Source of the DNA: Dickeya solani IPO 2222
Lineage (GTDB): Bacteria; Pseudomonadota; Gammaproteobacteria; Enterobacterales; Enterobacteriaceae
DNA length: 32,000 bases
Direction of reading: 5' to 3'
Assembly (NCBI RefSeq): GCF_001644705.1
Contig: NZ_CP015137.1
Location: 3,960,001-3,992,000 of the forward strand
Shown here one piece after another: positions 1-8,464 of the stretch (positions are counted from its first letter, which is position 1; each line of letters starts with the position of its first letter). A model generated the notes under the pieces. It did not search any database. It was not told the DNA's origin and saw nothing but the letters and a program-made list of their open reading frames with translations. The position numbers were made by a program, and so were the translations under genes.

Positions 1-1
1 C

Positions 2-484
2 GGGCTGACGGTGTGGCTCGACCAGCCGCTATCCGGCAGGTATCGCATCAGTTATCTGCGTGAAGTCTTGGTGCAGGGGCAGCCGAACGATCGGCTTTCC
101 GATCTCAATCAATTTTGGGCGGCGCGGGACCCGGCCCGCGCGTCGCTGTTCACCCGCCACGGGGTGCTGGGCGAATACGATAATCTGGCGCTGTATTACG
201 TTGGCATGGGCGGCAACTGGAACAGCACCACCCGTTTTCGCTACTACAACGGCCACGGCGAGCGGCAACTGCTGGGGGAGTTCACCGATGAAGCGCATCT
301 GCTGCGCGCCGGGCAGCGTTATCGGGTGGCCATTGAGGTGGACAGCACCGAAACCCGTTTCCTGATCGATAACCAACTCTACTTTCGCGCCCACTATACC
401 GAACCGCCGGCCAGCGGCTATTTCGGCTTGCGGACGGTATTTTCACGGCAGGCGATCAGCCAGTTCAGCGTCACACCGCTGTAG
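2..484 (+). CDS. Concanavalin-like jelly-roll protein (DUF1961/YesU-like), 5' end outside window
   Basis: The ORF is open to the window edge in the frame of the listed 11..484 ORF. Its C-terminal part (YFGLRTVFSRQAISQFSV) resembles YesU/DUF1961-type proteins. The family call is from recollection only. Confidence 0.55.
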   Translation, partial: GLTVWLDQPLSGRYRISYLREVLVQGQPNDRLSDLNQFWAARDPARASLFTRHGVLGEYDNLALYYVGMGGNWNSTTRFRYYNGHGERQLLGEFTDEAHLLRAGQRYRVAIEVDSTETRFLIDNQLYFRAHYTEPPASGYFGLRTVFSRQAISQFSVTPL

Positions 485-1412
485 CGTCGGCGGCGCTGGC
501 GCGATGCGGCGCCTGATCCACCTGCAAAAACATGGCGATCAGCCGCTGTGACAGCCACGACAGGCGGGAGTCGGCGCGGCTGACGATACCGTAATGGGTG
601 TAAAACTCGTCGGTGTCGTCATCCAGCCCGGTGATTTTCAGCATGTGGATGCCATCCGGCGGCTGTTGTAACGGCCCGTGGCGATGATTGGTGGTACCGA
701 TGGCGTCGGACTGGCGGATCACGTCCAGCAGGCTGTAGCCGTTTTCGCACTCAATGCTGGTGCGGATATCCTGCTGACCGCTCAGCCGCACCAGCGCCTG
801 GCGCAGGTTGGGCGGGCGCACGGTGGCCGCCAGCGGATAGCTGAACAATTGCTCGACGCTGATTTCGTCAAACGTAGCCAGCGGATGCCCCTGACGACAG
901 CAGAAGCCCCAGCGGTGCTGGCTCAGCGGCTGCACGTTGTAGCGGGCGTCCAGCTCGAAATGGCGGGTATCGGCGACGATAAAGGCAAGCTCTTCCGCCA
1001 TCAGTCGTTGGCCCAGCGCCTGCCAGTTATCGACCCGGAACACCAGCCGCACCCGCGGATACTGGCGGGAGAATTCGCCGATCACCTGCGGCATCAGCCA
1101 GGCCGCCGGCGCCGGGCCGCAGCCGAAATGTACCTCGCCGCTCTCTTTTTCGCTGAACTGCTCGATATCGTTGATTAAATCTTGCGCGTGGCGGGTGAGG
1201 CGGCGGGCGTGTTCCAGTACCAGCAGCCCTTTCTTGGTGGGTTCCAGATTATGGTGACGGTCGATCAGCCGCGCGCCCACGCTCTGTTCCAGCGACTGGA
1301 TGCTGCGGCTGAACGCCGACTGTGAAATGTTCATGGCCTGCGCCGCCGAAGTGAAATTTCGGTGCTCGATCAGCGCAATAAAGTGGCGTAACTGACGCAG
1401 GTCGATGTTCAT
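471..1412 (-). CDS. LysR-family transcriptional regulator
   Basis: 313 aa. The N-terminal wHTH is typical (LRQLRHFIALIEHRNFTSAAQAMNISQSAFSRSIQSLE) and is followed by a LysR substrate-binding domain. Paralogous to the 15074..16000 CDS (shared FGCGPAPAA and VDNWxAL motifs). Confidence 0.9.
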   Translation of the reverse strand: MNIDLRQLRHFIALIEHRNFTSAAQAMNISQSAFSRSIQSLEQSVGARLIDRHHNLEPTKKGLLVLEHARRLTRHAQDLINDIEQFSEKESGEVHFGCGPAPAAWLMPQVIGEFSRQYPRVRLVFRVDNWQALGQRLMAEELAFIVADTRHFELDARYNVQPLSQHRWGFCCRQGHPLATFDEISVEQLFSYPLAATVRPPNLRQALVRLSGQQDIRTSIECENGYSLLDVIRQSDAIGTTNHRHGPLQQPPDGIHMLKITGLDDDTDEFYTHYGIVSRADSRLSWLSQRLIAMFLQVDQAPHRASAADATAV

Positions 1413-1583
1413 GGCATTCAGGTCAATGGCGGCGGCGGACGGACAGACTGAGCAGGCTACCAGCCTGACGACCTCGTCAACAAATAACCAATACGGCGGC
1501 GATATGACGGGTTGTTATATGTCGCAAACGGTGGGTGCGGGCAGGAACAATGCCCCTCCCGCTGGCGGCAGGAGGGACGGGGA

Positions 1584-2351
1584 TTAGACGTAGGAATCGT
1601 CGTCGTCGTAGGAGTCATCAGCCGCGTAATCGTCGTAGCCGCTGTTCTGCGGTTCGTCGCCGGCGTTGCTGTTCCAAAGGTTGTTGCTGGCGCCGGCGCC
1701 GTTGAACGTATCCAGATTGTCCGCACCGAAATCCCGGAAGCTGTCGCTGACGTTACCCAGCGGATTCTCGTTGAGCACCGGATTTTCGTTGATGATGTTG
1801 ATGATTTCTTCCGGCTGCGAGCGGTGGAACATGCCGGTCAGCATGTCGGCCAACACCACACCGCCCGCCACGCCGGCCGCGGTCTGCAACGCACCGCTCA
1901 GAAAACCGCCTGCGCGGGACGGCGCCGGTTGCGCATAGCCCGGCGCAGGCTGGCCGTAACCCGGTGCCGGCGGCGTATATCCCATCGGCTGACCGTATCC
2001 GGCCGGCTGGCCATAACCCGCTGGTTGCGACGGCTGCGGCGCGCTGTTGCGACTGCCGCCGCCAAACAGACCGGCCAGAAAACCGCCGCTGCTTTGTTGT
2101 GGACGGGCCGCCGCCTCTTGTTTCAGTTGGTTAATTTCGGCTTCCAGTTCTTTCACCCGTTGATCCAACTGTTTCAGCGCCGCTTCCTGAATAATCATCG
2201 CCTGCGACATGTAGTAAGGCGCGGCCGGCTGCTGGCGAATGTGGTCATTGATTTGCTGTTCTGCCTTGAGATCCCGAGGGCCCGTGTTGGTCTCGGCTGT
2301 TTTCAGTCGGCTAAACAGACCATCAATAAGGCGTTGTTCTTCAGATTGCAT
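1584..2351 (-). CDS. DUF2076-like protein (coiled-coil N-terminus, PAGYGQ repeats, Gly-rich hydrophobic segment, acidic tail)
   Basis: 255 aa. The N-terminus MQSEEQRLIDGLFSRLK matches my recollection of DUF2076. GAGG lies about 8 nt upstream of the ATG. The composition is strongly modular. Confidence 0.7.
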   Translation of the reverse strand: MQSEEQRLIDGLFSRLKTAETNTGPRDLKAEQQINDHIRQQPAAPYYMSQAMIIQEAALKQLDQRVKELEAEINQLKQEAAARPQQSSGGFLAGLFGGGSRNSAPQPSQPAGYGQPAGYGQPMGYTPPAPGYGQPAPGYAQPAPSRAGGFLSGALQTAAGVAGGVVLADMLTGMFHRSQPEEIINIINENPVLNENPLGNVSDSFRDFGADNLDTFNGAGASNNLWNSNAGDEPQNSGYDDYAADDSYDDDDSYV

Positions 2352-2834
2352 AGGATTACCTCAAGAGATATTGGATTGCGGGCCGCCTAATCAGGCCGGC
2401 CCTGCGGCTGTTTTGTCACACCCTTCGCCGCCATCCTACTGCGTTCCTCCGGGCTAATACACGATTGTCGGGTAAAGCTGCTTACAAATTTGTTACCAAT
2501 TACGGCAAACCGATGTCAGCCGCTCTGCCGGTTTTCGTCTTACTTTTTCCGCTATTGATATTTTACCTGTCAGGGGAAATGGTGATTAATGTTTTCAGAC
2601 GCCAGGAGCCTGTCGAAACAGGCTTTTCGGGCCGTGCCGGCGACGCCGGGCGAAGGGATCGCCGCTCAGTCGAAACAGGACGGCCTGCACGGTTGGAAGG
2701 CGTCATTTTTATCCGTTTTACGAACCGGTTTCCCATTTATCGACCAAGAGGAATCACCATGTCCCGTCTGCGTTGTTGCGGTTTCTCCATGCTGAATGTC
2801 ACGACATTTATAAAATTCATTAATGGAGTCCGCC

Positions 2835-3869
2835 ATGAGTCAACCCGCATCCCTGCCCGTACTCGACTTTTCCCAGCTTGATGGTAACGCCCGGCAACGT
2901 GCCGATTTTCTGCAACGCCTGAATCACGCTGCCCGTGAAACCGGCTTCTTCTATCTGACCCACCACGGCGTCGACCCGGAACTGCAACAACGCGTTCAAC
3001 GGCTATCGCGCGCTTTTTTTGCCTTGCCGGACGCGGAAAAACAGCGGGTGGCGATGATCCGCTCTCCCCACTTCCGTGGCTATAACCTCGCGGGCGCAGA
3101 GCGTACCCGCAGCGAACCGGACTGGCGCGAACAGTTCGATATCGGGGCGGAGCGCCCGCCGCTGCGCCTGTTATCCGGCGATCCCGCCTGGCGACGGCTA
3201 CAGGGGCCGAATCAGTGGCCGGTGTCGCTGCCGGAACTGAAAATCGCGCTGCTGGAGTGGCAGCAAACCCTGACCCACATTTCGCTGCGCCTGTTGCGCG
3301 CTTTCGCTGAAGTGCTGGGGCTGCCGATAACCGCGTTTGATGCGCTGTACGGCGATAAACCCAGCGAGCATATCAAACTGATTCGCTATCCCGGCCGGGC
3401 GACGGCGGACAGCCATCAGGGCGTTGGCGCGCACAAGGATTCCGGTTTCCTGACGCTGTTGTTGCAGGATCAGCAATCCGGTCTGCAGGTGGAGGTCGAA
3501 CCGGATCGCTGGGTGGAAGCGCACCCACTGCCGGGGTCGTTTGTGGTCAATATCGGCGAACTGCTGGAACTGGCGACAAACGGTTATCTGCGCGCCACCG
3601 TGCACCGGGTGGTGTCGCCGCCGGTAAGTCAGGAACGGCTGTCGGTGGCCTTTTTCCTCGGCGCGCAGTTGGATGCGGTAGTGCCGGTGTTTCCGCTGCC
3701 GCCGGCGCTGGCGAGACTGGCCCGCGGGCCGGCCAGCGACCCGAACAACCCGTTGCTACGCGACGTGGGCTGGAATTACCTGAAAGGGCGTTTACGTTCC
3801 CACCCGGAAGTGGCGAAGCGCTACTACGGCGATGTGGTGCAGGCGCAGCAGCAGGCGGTTACCGCCTGA
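2835..3869 (+). CDS. 2-oxoglutarate/Fe(II)-dependent oxygenase (isopenicillin N synthase-like family)
   Basis: The N-terminus LPVLDFSQL...ETGFFYLTHHGV is typical of DIOX_N. An HxD...H facial-triad context is present (GAHKDSGFLT...ATVHRV). GGAG lies 6 nt before ATG 2835, while the alternative ATG 2823 has no SD. Confidence 0.85.
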   Translation: MSQPASLPVLDFSQLDGNARQRADFLQRLNHAARETGFFYLTHHGVDPELQQRVQRLSRAFFALPDAEKQRVAMIRSPHFRGYNLAGAERTRSEPDWREQFDIGAERPPLRLLSGDPAWRRLQGPNQWPVSLPELKIALLEWQQTLTHISLRLLRAFAEVLGLPITAFDALYGDKPSEHIKLIRYPGRATADSHQGVGAHKDSGFLTLLLQDQQSGLQVEVEPDRWVEAHPLPGSFVVNIGELLELATNGYLRATVHRVVSPPVSQERLSVAFFLGAQLDAVVPVFPLPPALARLARGPASDPNNPLLRDVGWNYLKGRLRSHPEVAKRYYGDVVQAQQQAVTA

Positions 3870-3913
3870 GTATTGGTTCGTTATCAAAATGAGAATCATC
3901 AAGGGATCACACA

Positions 3914-4720
3914 ATGAAAAATCATAATTTTTTTGCTCTGACGGCGATGGCATTGGTAATGGGACTGTCGGTATCGGCTCAGGCGGCCGATGCCTTGCGG
4001 GTGGCGGCGGATCCGGTGCCGCACGCGGAAATTCTGGCGCAGGTCCAAAAGGCGGACCCGTCGCTGAAACTGAAGGTGGTGGAGCTGAGCGGCAACGTGA
4101 ACGCCAACGAACTGCTGGCCAGCGGCGACGTAGATGCCAACTATTTCCAGCATGTGCCTTATCTGCGCGATCAGGAAAAAGCGCTGGGTAAAAAATTCGT
4201 GGTGGCGGCCACGGTGCATATCGAACCGCTGGGGATTTATTCCCGAAAATACAAATCGCTCCACGAGGTGAAGGAGAATGCCACCGTGGCGGTGCCGAAC
4301 AACGTCACCAACCTCAGCCGGGCGCTGTACCTGTTGCAGGGGCAGGGGCTGATCAAACTCAAGGCGGGTTATAACGACCCGTCGAAAGATCAGGCGACGC
4401 CGAAAGACATCGCCGACAACCCGAAAAAATTGAAAATCAAAGAGATTGAAGCGGCGCAGATCCCCCGTTCGCTGGATGACGTCGACCTGGCGGTGATCAA
4501 CGGCAACTACGCGCTGGAGGCTGGGCTGGTGCCGTCCCGCGATGCGCTGGGGCTGGAGAGCGCCAGCCATAATCCATACGCCAACATTCTGGTGACCACG
4601 CCGGCGCTGCAAAACGATCCGCGTATCAAACAACTGGCGAAGGATTTGGAGTCCAAAGCCACGGCTGACTTCATCAGCCAGCGCTACAAAGGGTCGGTGA
4701 TTGCGGTGGCGGGGCAATAA
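3914..4720 (+). CDS. MetQ/NlpA-family substrate-binding protein (methionine-type ABC importer)
   Basis: 268 aa. It has a signal peptide ending SAQA/AD with no lipobox Cys. MetQ-like motifs are present throughout (NYFQH, PNDxTNxxRAL-like NNVTNLSRALYLL). AAGGGA RBS. Confidence 0.85.
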   Translation: MKNHNFFALTAMALVMGLSVSAQAADALRVAADPVPHAEILAQVQKADPSLKLKVVELSGNVNANELLASGDVDANYFQHVPYLRDQEKALGKKFVVAATVHIEPLGIYSRKYKSLHEVKENATVAVPNNVTNLSRALYLLQGQGLIKLKAGYNDPSKDQATPKDIADNPKKLKIKEIEAAQIPRSLDDVDLAVINGNYALEAGLVPSRDALGLESASHNPYANILVTTPALQNDPRIKQLAKDLESKATADFISQRYKGSVIAVAGQ

Positions 4721-4723
4721 CGG

Positions 4724-5515
4724 ATGATTCGCATCGAACGGCTGGGGAAACGCTATCCGGGGTGCGCGCAACCCGCGCTGGAGAACGTGTCGCTGACCAT
4801 CCCATCAGGGGCGGTGTACGGCATTCTCGGCCGTAGCGGCGCGGGTAAGAGCACGCTGATTCGTTGTCTCAATCTGCTGGAGCGGCCCACCGCGGGCCGT
4901 ATTCTGATGGACGACTGCGACATCGCCAGACTGTCGCCGCGGGCGCTGCGCCAGCAGCGTCAGCGCACCGGCATGATTTTCCAACATTTCAACCTGCTGC
5001 ATGCCCGCACGGTGTGGGATAACGTAGCGGTGCCGCTGGAAATCGCCGGGGTCGGCAGACGCGAGCGGGAGACACGCGTGACGGAGTTGCTGGCGTTAGT
5101 CGGGTTGAGCGATAAGGCGCTGGCTTATCCGTCGCAACTGTCCGGCGGGCAGAAACAGCGGGTCGGCATCGCCCGTGCGCTGGCGGCCCAGCCGCGTTAT
5201 CTGCTGTGCGACGAGGCCACCAGCGCGCTCGACCCGGAAACCACCGCGTCGATACTGGCGCTGCTGTCCGATATCAACCGGCAACTGGGGCTGACTATTG
5301 TGCTGATCACCCATGAGCTGGAGGTGGTCAAAGCCATCTGCGATCACGCGGCTCTGCTGGAGCAAGGCCGGGTGGCGGAAAGCGGCGCGCTGCGAACGCT
5401 GCTGGCGGACCCGGCTTCCCGCCTGCGACAGGCACTGTTGCCGGATCTGGACGCCGAGCGTGCGTTTTTGCGACGACACGGCGTAGAGGAGGGTGAATTG
5501 TGCAAAGTCGCCTGA
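4724..5515 (+). CDS. MetN-like ABC ATPase lacking the C-terminal NIL (C2) regulatory domain
   Basis: Walker [10 protein letters not shown], signature LSGGQKQRV, Walker [12 protein letters not shown]. It is only 263 aa and ends about 25 aa after the ABC core. Confidence 0.85.
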   Translation: MIRIERLGKRYPGCAQPALENVSLTIPSGAVYGILGRSGAGKSTLIRCLNLLERPTAGRILMDDCDIARLSPRALRQQRQRTGMIFQHFNLLHARTVWDNVAVPLEIAGVGRRERETRVTELLALVGLSDKALAYPSQLSGGQKQRVGIARALAAQPRYLLCDEATSALDPETTASILALLSDINRQLGLTIVLITHELEVVKAICDHAALLEQGRVAESGALRTLLADPASRLRQALLPDLDAERAFLRRHGVEEGELCKVA

Positions 5516-6171
5516 GCTGGGAAGACTTTTTCCCAATCATGCTGAACGCGACGCTGGAAACCCTGTACATGGTGGGGCTGGCGGCGCTGTTTACCGTGCT
5601 GGTGGGGTTGCCGACCGGTGTGCTGCTGTTTATCAGCCGTCAGTCGGGCATCATGCCGCTACCGCGGGTAAGCGCGGTGCTGGGCGGGGTGATTAACGTC
5701 GGGCGTTCGTTGCCGTTCGTGGTGTTGCTGATTGCCCTGATCCCGTTTACCCGCTGGGTGGTCGGCACTACGTTGGGCAGCACCGCCGCGGTGGTGCCGA
5801 TTACCGTCGGTGCGTTTCCGTTTTTTGCCCGCATTGTGGAAAACGCGCTGGCCGAGGTGGATCGCGGCCGGATAGAGGCGGTTGTGTCGATGGGCGGCAC
5901 CGTCTGGCATGTGATCACCAAGGCGTTGTTGCCGGAAGCCCTGCCGTCTATTTTGGCGGGCATCACCCTGACGGTGGTGATGCTGATTGGCTTTTCGTCA
6001 ATGGCGGGGGTGATTGGCGGCGGCGGGCTGGGGGATCTGGCCATCCGCTACGGTTATCAGCGTTTTAATCAGCAGGTGATGGCGGGAACGGTGATCGTGC
6101 TGGTATTGCTGGTGCAACTGGTGCAGTCGCTGGGCGACCGGCTGGTGCGCTCGTTGGCCTATCGACGGTAA
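5500..6171 (+). CDS. MetI-like ABC permease
   Basis: 223 aa. It aligns by eye to E. coli MetI ([21 protein letters not shown]). GTG start at 5500 with AGGAGG 8 nt upstream. It overlaps the ATPase stop. Confidence 0.85.
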   Translation: MQSRLSWEDFFPIMLNATLETLYMVGLAALFTVLVGLPTGVLLFISRQSGIMPLPRVSAVLGGVINVGRSLPFVVLLIALIPFTRWVVGTTLGSTAAVVPITVGAFPFFARIVENALAEVDRGRIEAVVSMGGTVWHVITKALLPEALPSILAGITLTVVMLIGFSSMAGVIGGGGLGDLAIRYGYQRFNQQVMAGTVIVLVLLVQLVQSLGDRLVRSLAYRR

Positions 6172-6268
6172 TCTTTTTATCTTATCCTCGATATTGCTGG
6201 CATCCAATCGATTGGCTATGAACAACTCTGAGCCCGGTAGCCGGTTTATCCACTGCGTGAAGGCAAGG
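6040..6268. repeat. Direct repeat copy 1 (3' end of metI-like gene plus ~100 bp downstream)
   Basis: About 229 bp is repeated at 8236..8464 with roughly 85-90 percent identity by eye. Both copies contain the perfect palindrome CCAATCGATTGG. Confidence 0.85.
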
Positions 6269-6435
6269 TTTTACTCCACCAGATGAAGCAGTAGAAACAT
6301 TACTGAATTTGATTAAACAGGCGACCCGACAAGACATGAAGAAATAGTGAATAAATAGTGCACGTTTGTTTTTGTGACTATTCATCCCTCAGGTATGCGT
6401 TATATAATTTTTTGTATAACGATTGAGGGGAAAAG

Positions 6436-7491
6436 ATGAAACCATTTATTCAACGGGTAATGGCTATTACCTGCTTATGTTTATTGCCATTTCTTGCTCA
6501 GGCATCCCGGACAGTGACGGATCAACTGGGGCGTCAGGTAACCATTGCCGATAACGTCGAACGGGTTGTTGTATTGCAGCATCAGACACTGAATATTTTG
6601 GTGCAGCTAAACGCCACAGATAAAATCGTTGGCATCCTGGCCAACTGGAAGCAGCAACTGGGAGATAATTATGCGCGCCTGGTGCCTGCTTTGTCTGATA
6701 AAGCCGCTCTGGGTGATTTGACCCATGTGGATGCTGAAAAACTGGTTGCGCTGCATCCGCAAGTGGTTTTTGTCACCAACTATGCCCCGCAAGAAATGAT
6801 CGACAGCATTACCCGTCTGGGGATTCCGGTGATTGCAATTTCGTTGCGCCATGATAACGATCCTGTTCAGGCGGCGAAGATGAATTCAACTCCGGCTAAT
6901 GAGGATGAGGCCTATAACCAGGGATTGCGCGAAGGCATTGCGTTGATTGGCGAGGTGGTGAATAAGCAGGCTGAAGCGAAAGCATTAATTGATGCGGCTT
7001 TTGCCTATCGTCAACGGGTCAGTGCGCGTTTAAAAGGCATTCCGGATAGTGAACGTGTTCGTGCTTATATGGCGAACCCGGATCTCACGACCTATGGTTC
7101 CGGGAAATACACAGGACTGATGATGCAACACGCCGGCGCACTGAATGTGGCGGCGGCAACGGTTCAGGGCTTTAAGCAAGTCTCTATGGAACAGGTGATT
7201 GCCTGGAATCCTCAGGTGATCTTCGTTCAGGATCGTTACCCTCAGGTGGTGAGCGAAATCACCAAGATGCCGGAATGGCAGGTGATTGACGCAGTGAAGC
7301 AGCATCGGGTCTGGTTGATGCCTGAATATGCCAAAGCCTGGGGATACCCTATGCCGGAAGCCATTGGTCTGGGGGAATTGTGGATGGCGAAGAAACTTTA
7401 TCCATCACGCTTCCAAGATATCGATATGAAGCAAGAAGCAGAACGTTGGTATCAGCGCTTTTATCGCACTCACTATCAGGGTACCGAATAA
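6436..7491 (+). CDS. Periplasmic binding protein, siderophore/cobalamin type (Peripla_BP_2-like), no adjacent permease or ATPase
   Basis: 351 aa. Signal peptide ending AQA/S. RVVVLQHQTLNILVQLNATDKIVGI and LHPQVVFV are typical of FecB/BtuF-type binding proteins. GAGGGG RBS. GC is visibly lower than in the flanks. Confidence 0.8.
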   Translation: MKPFIQRVMAITCLCLLPFLAQASRTVTDQLGRQVTIADNVERVVVLQHQTLNILVQLNATDKIVGILANWKQQLGDNYARLVPALSDKAALGDLTHVDAEKLVALHPQVVFVTNYAPQEMIDSITRLGIPVIAISLRHDNDPVQAAKMNSTPANEDEAYNQGLREGIALIGEVVNKQAEAKALIDAAFAYRQRVSARLKGIPDSERVRAYMANPDLTTYGSGKYTGLMMQHAGALNVAAATVQGFKQVSMEQVIAWNPQVIFVQDRYPQVVSEITKMPEWQVIDAVKQHRVWLMPEYAKAWGYPMPEAIGLGELWMAKKLYPSRFQDIDMKQEAERWYQRFYRTHYQGTE

Positions 7492-8210
7492 TGAAGGCGC
7501 TGGTGGCAGGCAGTTTACGGGCAGTCTGGCAACCGCTTATGGTGAATTTCTATGATATCTGGGGCCTGAGGGTGGAGACGGCTTTCGGCCCGGCCGGGTT
7601 ATTGCGTGAGCGTATTGAAAAAGGTGAGCCCTGCGACCTGTTTGCTTCTGCTAACCTGGATCATCCCCTGGCCTTGCTGGCTGCGGGTATTGCCGGACAG
7701 GTGATGCCGTTCGCCACTAACCGACTGTGTTTGACCGTTGCCAGCAGTTGTATTCGCCCGGAGGATAACTGGTTGTCCCTCTTGACCCGTCCCACCCTGC
7801 GCCTGGGGACATCGACGCCTGTCTGTGACCCTTCAGGTGACTATACCTGGCAATTATTTCGCCAGATTGAGTGGAGCCAGCCCGGTGTCGGCCTGGCTAT
7901 CCAGCAACGAGCGCAGTGTCTGGTCGGGGGCGAAGCGAGTGCTTTGGTTCCTGCCGGGGAGATGGCGGCAAGCTGGCTTATTCAACAAGGCATAGTGGAT
8001 ACGTTTATTGGTTACGCCAGCTATGCACCGCGTTTAAGAAAGATTGCGGGCTTAACGGTATTTGATATTCCTGCTGAGTTCAGCGTCCAGGCACAATACA
8101 CCCTGGCGGTCATGAATAAAGAGACAGAGTCTCTGGCCGCATTTCTGTGTTCGACTGTCGCTCAACGGATCCTCAGTGAATGGGGTTTCGGTCCCGGCTC
8201 AGGCGGCTGA
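7491..8210 (+). CDS. ModA-like (molybdate/tungstate-type) binding-protein homologue without signal peptide
   Basis: ATG 7491 overlaps the upstream stop (TAATG). The protein starts directly at the mature-domain equivalent (KALVAGSLRAV...ETAFGPAGLL...DLFASAN). The listed ORF start at 7380 is an upstream extension inside the previous gene. Confidence 0.7.
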   Translation: MKALVAGSLRAVWQPLMVNFYDIWGLRVETAFGPAGLLRERIEKGEPCDLFASANLDHPLALLAAGIAGQVMPFATNRLCLTVASSCIRPEDNWLSLLTRPTLRLGTSTPVCDPSGDYTWQLFRQIEWSQPGVGLAIQQRAQCLVGGEASALVPAGEMAASWLIQQGIVDTFIGYASYAPRLRKIAGLTVFDIPAEFSVQAQYTLAVMNKETESLAAFLCSTVAQRILSEWGFGPGSGG

Positions 8211-8367
8211 TGTCTTGTGGGTGGCGGCGGACCCGGCTATCCGCTACGGTTATCAGTGTTTTAATCAACAGGTGATGGCGGGCACGATGATCGTACTGGT
8301 GTTGCTGGTGCAACTGGTGCAGTCGCTGGGCGACAGGCTGGTGCGTCGGCTGGCCTACCGACGGTAA
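8179..8367 (+). pseudogene. metQ'-'metI in-frame deletion remnant
   Basis: 8179..8236 matches metQ-like 3958..4016 (codons for SV.AQAAD.L.VAADP). From 8236 onward it matches the metI-like 3' end from 6040 ([16 protein letters not shown]...LAYRR stop). The junction sits on GGATCYGG microhomology found in both parents. Confidence 0.8.
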
Positions 8368-8464
8368 TTTTTTTACCTTATCCACGATATTGCTGGCATC
8401 CAATCGATTGGCTATGAATAACCCTGAACTCGGCAGCCGGTTTATCCACTGCATGAGAGCAAGA
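8236..8464. repeat. Direct repeat copy 2
   Basis: Matches 6040..6268. See copy 1. Confidence 0.85.

Noticed and set aside
2465-2881. 138-aa and 68-aa ORFs in the 2352-2834 intergenic region as real genes. I also considered a known riboswitch (SAM, cobalamin, ZTP) in the same leader.
   Set aside because: The full-length ORFs have no RBS or family resemblance. Only the 3' 40-codon part has an SD, and it is reported as a speculative uORF. I could not match conserved cores of the riboswitch classes I know (no B12 box, no ZTP GGGUCGUGAC/CCGCCUGGGC), so no riboswitch call is made.
3899-4771. Long antisense or alternative-frame ORFs overlapping well-supported genes. Examples: 3899..4771 -, 9849..10568 -, 10388..11263 +, 11238..12125 +, 12486..13547 -, 15120..15707 -, 25741..26592 -, 26724..27467 -, 29376..30398 -, 1512..2390 +.
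   Set aside because: Their Arg/Ala/Gly/Pro/His-rich translations are typical of shadow ORFs in high-GC DNA. Each lies opposite or out of frame to a gene with clear family motifs. None has a convincing RBS.
6182-6385. 67-aa minus-strand ORF in the AT-rich region upstream of the 6436 gene, and the 74-aa ORF 8535..8759.
   Set aside because: They have no RBS or recognisable domains. They overlap repeat or promoter DNA, or the start of the 8692 gene.
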